Part shown: positions 59,033 through 64,000 of the stretch, one piece after another
Numbering within the stretch: the first letter of the stretch is position 1
Layout of the letters: the number at the start of each line of letters is the position of its first letter
IMG/VR virus record: IMGVR_UViG_2811995030_000001
Span: 32,001-96,000 of that record
Origin: a virus
Lineage: Duplodnaviria; Caudoviricetes
Strand: one strand, 5' to 3'
Length of the DNA stretch: 64,000 nt
Notes under the pieces: generated by a model
Seen by the model: the letters and a program-made list of their open reading frames with translations, nothing else
Told to the model about the DNA's origin: nothing
The model's database searches: none
Position numbers and translations under genes: made by a program

Positions 59033-59355
59033 AGAAAAATAAAATATTTATTACATAGAATATAGATTTTACATAATTATTAATACAACATGTAGATATA
59101 AATTAGTTTTAATCCTCTATATATAGTTGTTATTTGGTTAAAACTGCACAAATTTCAAAAAAGTTCATCCTAGATGAGCTTATTTGTGTTTTTTCCTGTT
59201 GCATTATCTATAATCACATGGTATATTATATATAACTTAAACAAATAAAATAAATTACATTACATAGTTTAAAAATAAGTAATAAAGAGTATAATATAAG
59301 TGAGCAGGTAAATTAGTGACTAACCAAATTAATAACAATTAAGGGGAGAGTTAAT

Positions 59356-59526
59356 ATGAATAAGAAAATTGTAAACTTTGGTGAATTTAAAGCAATTAAA
59401 GAATATAATGTGGCTAATGTAGCTGGTGAAATTTATGGAATGACAACTGAGCAGGATCAATACATAGTAGAAAAAGACTTCGCAAAGGAATATGCTAAAG
59501 CATACATGAAGTTACTTAGTAAATAA
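59356..59526 (+). CDS. Small protein (56 aa) heading the repression operon
   Basis: AAGGGGAG RBS; MNKKIVNFGEFKAIKE... Confidence 0.65.
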   Translation: MNKKIVNFGEFKAIKEYNVANVAGEIYGMTTEQDQYIVEKDFAKEYAKAYMKLLSK

Positions 59527-59561
59527 AAGTAACTAAAATCAATTATAAGGGAGAGGTTAAA

Positions 59562-60611
59562 ATGGAAGCTAAAGTATTAGCATTCGATAATGGTAAATCA
59601 GATAATTATAAAGTATATGAGATCATTGAAAAATTTTTAGACTTCTATAAATATAATGATTTTGGTAAAGCTAATAATACAGCTAGAAATTATAAGAGTC
59701 ATATTAATCACTTCTTCGATTACCTAAAGAAAGATATTAGATTCTTAACTGTTGAAGATATTCAAATTACTGTTGATGATGTTGAAAGATATATGAAATA
59801 TATGAAGAATTCTAAAGATAATACAGCTTCAACAATTAAAACTAAAGTAGGAACTATTAATAAATTATATGAAGAATTCTATAAGAAGGACTTAGTTAAG
59901 GATTTAAAAGCATTTGATACTAAGTTATTTAAAAAATTAAATACTACTTCGCAGGAAATTGATGCATTCACAGCTAATGAAATAGAAGCAATGGTTAAAG
60001 TTGCAGGGGAAGATAGAGAGAAGCCACTTGAAAAACAATGTTTATTAAAATTAGCAGCTACTATTGGTTTTCGTATAGGTGACTTATTAAATTTAACTTG
60101 GAGTGATTTTGCAGTATATGATGAATATGTATTAGTTAAGGCCAGACAACCAAAGAGAGGTAATGCTTATGCTAATAAAATTTCACATGAATTATATGAA
60201 GAGATATTAGAAATTAAATCTGAAAACGCTTCTAAAGATAATAAAGTATTTAATTTTGTCTCTAAGACTGTAGAGAGAATGATGACTAGATATACTGAGA
60301 AAATTGGTATTCAAGATGAAAGATCATTAAGCTTCCATAGTATTCGTAAGTTTGCTATTACAAATTTCTATTCAATTACTAAAGATTTCTACGCAACTCA
60401 ACTATTTGCTAATCATAAAGAGCCTTCTACAACGAAAAAGTATATTAAATATGTAGATGATTATGGTGTAATTGGCCTATTCAATTCTAATAAAGAAGAC
60501 ACAAATGAGTTAAATGATATTTCAGAAGCTGAATTAAGAGCAGTTATTAAGTCATTAACTGAAAGTCAGAAATTAGATTTACTTAGAAAACATAAAGAGT
60601 TATTTGGTTAG
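59562..60611 (+). CDS. yopP: Tyrosine recombinase, YopP/SroD-like
   Basis: SAM-like core-binding region; catalytic set present: GFRIGDL, K, HSIRK, ANH, TKKY. Confidence 0.8.
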   Translation: MEAKVLAFDNGKSDNYKVYEIIEKFLDFYKYNDFGKANNTARNYKSHINHFFDYLKKDIRFLTVEDIQITVDDVERYMKYMKNSKDNTASTIKTKVGTINKLYEEFYKKDLVKDLKAFDTKLFKKLNTTSQEIDAFTANEIEAMVKVAGEDREKPLEKQCLLKLAATIGFRIGDLLNLTWSDFAVYDEYVLVKARQPKRGNAYANKISHELYEEILEIKSENASKDNKVFNFVSKTVERMMTRYTEKIGIQDERSLSFHSIRKFAITNFYSITKDFYATQLFANHKEPSTTKKYIKYVDDYGVIGLFNSNKEDTNELNDISEAELRAVIKSLTESQKLDLLRKHKELFG

Positions 60612-60810
60612 GGATTATGGAGAATTTATATCTTTTATCGTGTATTTTTATCCCATGCTTCTCATATATGGTAAAAAGTACACGCTAAAAAGGTATAAAA
60701 CTCATTAAAAAGGTTTACTTACAAAGGAATAAATTATAAAATTGAGAATGAATCTTATTAAAAGTAATTTATTATCCTTTTTCGATATTGTTTAGATTCA
60801 CTATGAGAGG

Positions 60811-62193
60811 ATGAAAAGTATGAAATTGGGAAGAGATTTTGAGGAAGTGTGTGAGGTTGTTACAGAAGCAATTCAAATGTATAAGAGAAACAGAAGAAGA
60901 TATCCTTTAGTTCAAGTAATTGCTGAAGACCTTACAAAGTACAGTGTGAACCCTAGTTACATTAGAGATATATTTAACAATCCAGAAGAAAAGCTAAGAG
61001 AAGTAGATAGAAAATTAGTTATTTTATTTATGGAAGCATTTTACAGACATGAACAAATTCAAGGCGTAGAACCAAGTTTATACTTTACAGAACCAGAGAT
61101 TAAAGAGGCTAAATTGTACGATGGCATGGAAGGTAGAAATGTTGATCTAGGCTTACCTTACACATTTAATCGTGCATTGCCAGCAGGAGTAGACGCTTAT
61201 TTAGCTACTGTTACTCCAAGTGATATTAAGAATTTAATGGATGGTCAGGATTTACATTATGATTTTGAAACTCAACGTGAAGCTGATTTCATTAAGACTC
61301 ACGAGGGGGTTCGTGCTGTTCCTAAGATTAACTCAAATAATATCGCTGAAATGGCAGATTTAATGGTTAAGGGAGAATTAATGCCAAGTACATTAGTTTG
61401 GAATGCTGCGGTAGGAACTTCAGATACAGGTGACGAATTAGTATACGATGTTAAATCTACATCTTTAACTATCCAAAGAGGAACAATTGTTAATAATTTA
61501 GACGGTTATCATCGTTGCAAAGCTACAGTAAGAGCGTTTGAGATTGATCCTGAGTTTGATAAGAAACATAGCTTTGTATTCTCTGTATTAGTTGTAAACT
61601 ATTCAACTAAACAAGCTCAAAAGTATTTAGCTCAACACGCTAAAGCTATGCCTATGTCAGTAACTCATGTTGAAATGTTGGATGCTGTACGTAGGGGTGA
61701 CGACATAATTAAACAATTGAGGAATGAATCTGACTTAGCAGGTCGTATTTCTACTAAAGAAAATGCTATGGTGTCAGTAGATCAATTAACAACTTATAAA
61801 GTATTAGTGGAAGCAATTGAAAAAGATTTCAAATTAGATAGTAAAATGAAGACAATTAAAGCTGGAGATTATTTAGTTAAATTCTTTACTTATTTATTAG
61901 GTGAATTTGAAGATGAGTTTACGAATAAATATCAAGAGACTAGAGAATATTCTTTTATAAATCATAGTTCGATGTTCGCTGGATACATTAGATTAGCAAG
62001 TAAAATGTATTATGAAGAAATTTCATTAGACAACTTAGAGAAAATAATTAATAGTATAGATTTTAGTAAAGACTCGGACAACTTTAAAGAATTAAATAAT
62101 GAAAAGAATCCAGAATCAGCTAAAGCACAACAAATATGCAGAGACTTTTTTGACAAATTAGATATAGAGAAATCGATAGGGGCGATTAAGTGA
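60811..62193 (+). CDS. yopQ: YopQ/SroE-like DndB/ParB-fold (DGQHR-like) protein
   Basis: 460 aa; ETQRE and LDGYHR motifs; synteny. Confidence 0.78.
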   Translation: MKSMKLGRDFEEVCEVVTEAIQMYKRNRRRYPLVQVIAEDLTKYSVNPSYIRDIFNNPEEKLREVDRKLVILFMEAFYRHEQIQGVEPSLYFTEPEIKEAKLYDGMEGRNVDLGLPYTFNRALPAGVDAYLATVTPSDIKNLMDGQDLHYDFETQREADFIKTHEGVRAVPKINSNNIAEMADLMVKGELMPSTLVWNAAVGTSDTGDELVYDVKSTSLTIQRGTIVNNLDGYHRCKATVRAFEIDPEFDKKHSFVFSVLVVNYSTKQAQKYLAQHAKAMPMSVTHVEMLDAVRRGDDIIKQLRNESDLAGRISTKENAMVSVDQLTTYKVLVEAIEKDFKLDSKMKTIKAGDYLVKFFTYLLGEFEDEFTNKYQETREYSFINHSSMFAGYIRLASKMYYEEISLDNLEKIINSIDFSKDSDNFKELNNEKNPESAKAQQICRDFFDKLDIEKSIGAIK

Positions 62194-63218
62194 TGACTGG
62201 TTTTTATAATGAGGGATTAAAACTAGCTTATATGCATCGTGAGGGTGCGCCAGAAAGTACAGAAGATATATATAAATCGGTATTCAGACGTTCTAAAGTA
62301 GAAGAGGAGCGTTTACAAAGAGACTTAAAGGATTTCACTAGGGATGATTTTCGTAATTTATTTCATTATTTAGAGCCATCAACCATACCTGCTGTAAGAA
62401 CATTGGCAAGTTTTATATCTAACTATGTAGAATGGACAATTGAAAACGGACATAGAACCAGTAGAGATAATCCGCTGAAGCCATTAGGAGACAGTTTTAT
62501 TGAGGCCGTAGTGTCTGGACATAAATTATATATAAATGAAGAAGAATTATTAGAAATTGAAGCTGATCCAAGAATTAGTTTTGCTAATAAAGTAATCCTT
62601 AGATTAATATGGGAAGGTGTTTTAGGTAAGGCTAATTCTGAATTATTGAATTTACACAAAGATGATATAGATTTTGATAAACGAATGTTGACTTTACGTG
62701 ATGATGATAAAGATATAGGTGAGAGAACTATACAAGTTAGTGAAAGATGTATTGAAATAATCAAAGCAGCATTGAATGAAGATAATTATACAATTACAAC
62801 GCCTAGAGGCAATAGAGATTTTGAATTGATAAATACAGGATATGTTATAAAGAAAACTACATTTGGTAAAGCATCTGCTGATACATCTGGTAAAGCAACT
62901 AAACAGGTAACAATGAGTCGATTAAAAGATGTGGCATATGGTCTAGAAATGAAATTCCTAACACCTACAAATGTAAGAAGATCAGGAATGATAAATATGG
63001 CTAAGAATTTATTTTTACGTGATGGAGAATTATCACCTGAACAATTTAGAGAAATATCTAAGCAATTTGGAATTAAGAAAATCAACAGAAGCTCAAATCC
63101 AAATGAAGTTAATATGGATTATAATTATTATTATACAGTAAAGGTGTTTACAACAAGAGACAACATTCTAAAGTTATATGGAATAGACATCGAGAAAGAA
63201 CCTTCTACTCAACAGTAA
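62190..63218 (+). CDS. yopR: YopR/SroF/MrpR-like master repressor (degenerate tyrosine-recombinase fold)
   Basis: LIWEGV..SELLNL..DIDF and NVRRSGMI: integrase-like fold lacking the catalytic R and HxxR; synteny. Confidence 0.8.
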   Translation: MMTGFYNEGLKLAYMHREGAPESTEDIYKSVFRRSKVEEERLQRDLKDFTRDDFRNLFHYLEPSTIPAVRTLASFISNYVEWTIENGHRTSRDNPLKPLGDSFIEAVVSGHKLYINEEELLEIEADPRISFANKVILRLIWEGVLGKANSELLNLHKDDIDFDKRMLTLRDDDKDIGERTIQVSERCIEIIKAALNEDNYTITTPRGNRDFELINTGYVIKKTTFGKASADTSGKATKQVTMSRLKDVAYGLEMKFLTPTNVRRSGMINMAKNLFLRDGELSPEQFREISKQFGIKKINRSSNPNEVNMDYNYYYTVKVFTTRDNILKLYGIDIEKEPSTQQ

Positions 63219-63224
63219 GCCAAA

Positions 63225-63251
63225 TAGCCCTCTTTAATATGGGAGGGCTAA
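63225..63251 (+). terminator. Probable terminator after yopR
   Basis: TAGCCCTCT...GGAGGGCTA stem. Confidence 0.55.
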
Positions 63252-63572
63252 AAATTTAATTTGTAAACAAAAATAAATTACAATTTTGTTGTAATTATTT
63301 GAAACTTAGAATATAATGAAATAAAGTAACTAAGTTACAAGAAGTGAAATGCTAGGAAACTAGGATAAAATTGTACATAATGTGAATAAATTTTCAAAAT
63401 TAGGTCTTGTGCGTGTTTTTCGACAAAAATAGACATGGCTACATTTAGTAAAATATAGTAAGATAGATAGAGAGCAAGATAGTCCATTCTAACTAAGAAC
63501 TACTCTCAATAGAGTAGTTGATGGTGAGCCGAAAGAATCCAAGTTATGGATTGCTAACGACTCGTAAACTTA

Positions 63573-63779
63573 CTATTCCCAACTATAGAGATCGTCAATC
63601 TGACAATCTAGCGCAAGAGAAATAGATTTAGCAGTAACAAGGCTCATCGACTTTCGGTTGTTTGAATAATCCGATATTCGCTGTTCGGACATGCCTGTTC
63701 GCTCTGCTAACCAACGAGCTGTTTTCTTGCGCTCCTTAAGCAAAATAGTAAGCCTACAGCGTCCTAGTTTGATGTTCAT
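63573..63779 (-). CDS. yopS: XRE-family HTH regulator, YopS-like
   Basis: GRCRL..LLKERKKTARWLAERTGMSEQRISDY..MSL..A.SI..AL.C.IDDLY; opposite strand after yopR. Confidence 0.75.
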   Translation of the reverse strand: MNIKLGRCRLTILLKERKKTARWLAERTGMSEQRISDYSNNRKSMSLVTAKSISLALDCQIDDLYSWE

Positions 63780-63932
63780 AGACGGCTCACCTCTTGCTCA
63801 ATACAACTGTTGAATAACAGTCACCCATCTATATTAGCAAAATGTACCGCATATGGAAAGTTTTTTGTGAGAGAGTTAAAGTTTAGGTATTTTAGTAGTT
63901 TATTGAAGAAAAATCGGGTATAATGTAAAATG

Positions 63933-63946
63933 AGAACTACTGTTCT
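63933..63946. promoter_or_regulatory. Candidate LexA (Cheo) box
   Basis: AGAAC-TACT-GTTCT just downstream of TATAAT (63919) and upstream of an RBS/ATG at 63979. Confidence 0.5.
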
Positions 63947-63978
63947 ATTTTGCTTCACTAAGAGGAGGAAGGCATCAA

Positions 63979-64000
63979 ATGGAAAAAAAGTTATACAGTG
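63979..64000 (+). CDS. Start of a gene truncated by the window end
   Basis: GAGGAGG RBS then ATGGAAAAAAAGTTATAC. Confidence 0.5.

Larger units (their letters stand above)
1..64000. mobile_element. SPbeta-like large temperate phage/prophage (partial; possibly a phage-plasmid)
   Basis: Gene order and sizes match the SPbeta yonO..yonB late operon and yopP-yopQ-yopR-yopS; dense small phage ORFs; no housekeeping genes. Confidence 0.93.

Noticed and set aside
59562-60611. Prophage integrase marking an att boundary
   Set aside because: Phage genes continue on both sides and the synteny matches the internal yopP gene.
9631-63085. Numerous short antisense or overlapping ORFs in the track (e.g. 9631, 11155, 15716, 21260, 27472, 35913, 47362, 62423)
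   Set aside because: They lie opposite or within well-supported genes, lack an RBS and have shadow-like composition.
63419-63425. Spo0A box TTCGACA
   Set aside because: A single 7-mer; too weak without further support.

Overview
A 64-kb segment of a large, AT-rich SPbeta-like temperate phage or prophage of a Bacillaceae host; no host chromosomal genes are visible. Minus strand 1-16 kb: the SPbeta yon head/packaging operon (capsid, YonC, YonD, portal, terminase, YonG, ClpP-like protease, YonJ, YonK, PhoH, HU, single-subunit RNA polymerase YonO) with two free-standing homing endonucleases. 16.3-24 kb: a plasmid-like block of wHTH + TubZ-like tubulin + repeats, then small membrane proteins + FtsK ATPase, then a Rep-like protein + 22-bp iterons. 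24-26 kb: a non-coding region with an almost G-free tract and DnaA-box matches. 26-59 kb: early/accessory genes (LPD29-like protein, methyltransferase, sortase + LPXTG protein, lipoproteins, Doc toxin-antitoxin pair, WYL, HNH, TnpB, many small ORFs). 59-64 kb: yopP-yopQ-yopR-yopS (sroD-E-F-like) repression genes with no adjacent aimR/aimP. The most striking unexplained signal is a polar palindrome, TAAAA-N6-TTTTA(nnnAGAA), found by eye at about 23 gene boundaries; it brackets single genes and a TA module like cassettes, and a tyrosine recombinase with intact catalytic residues is present. Family assignments come from motifs, size and synteny as recalled, not from database searches.
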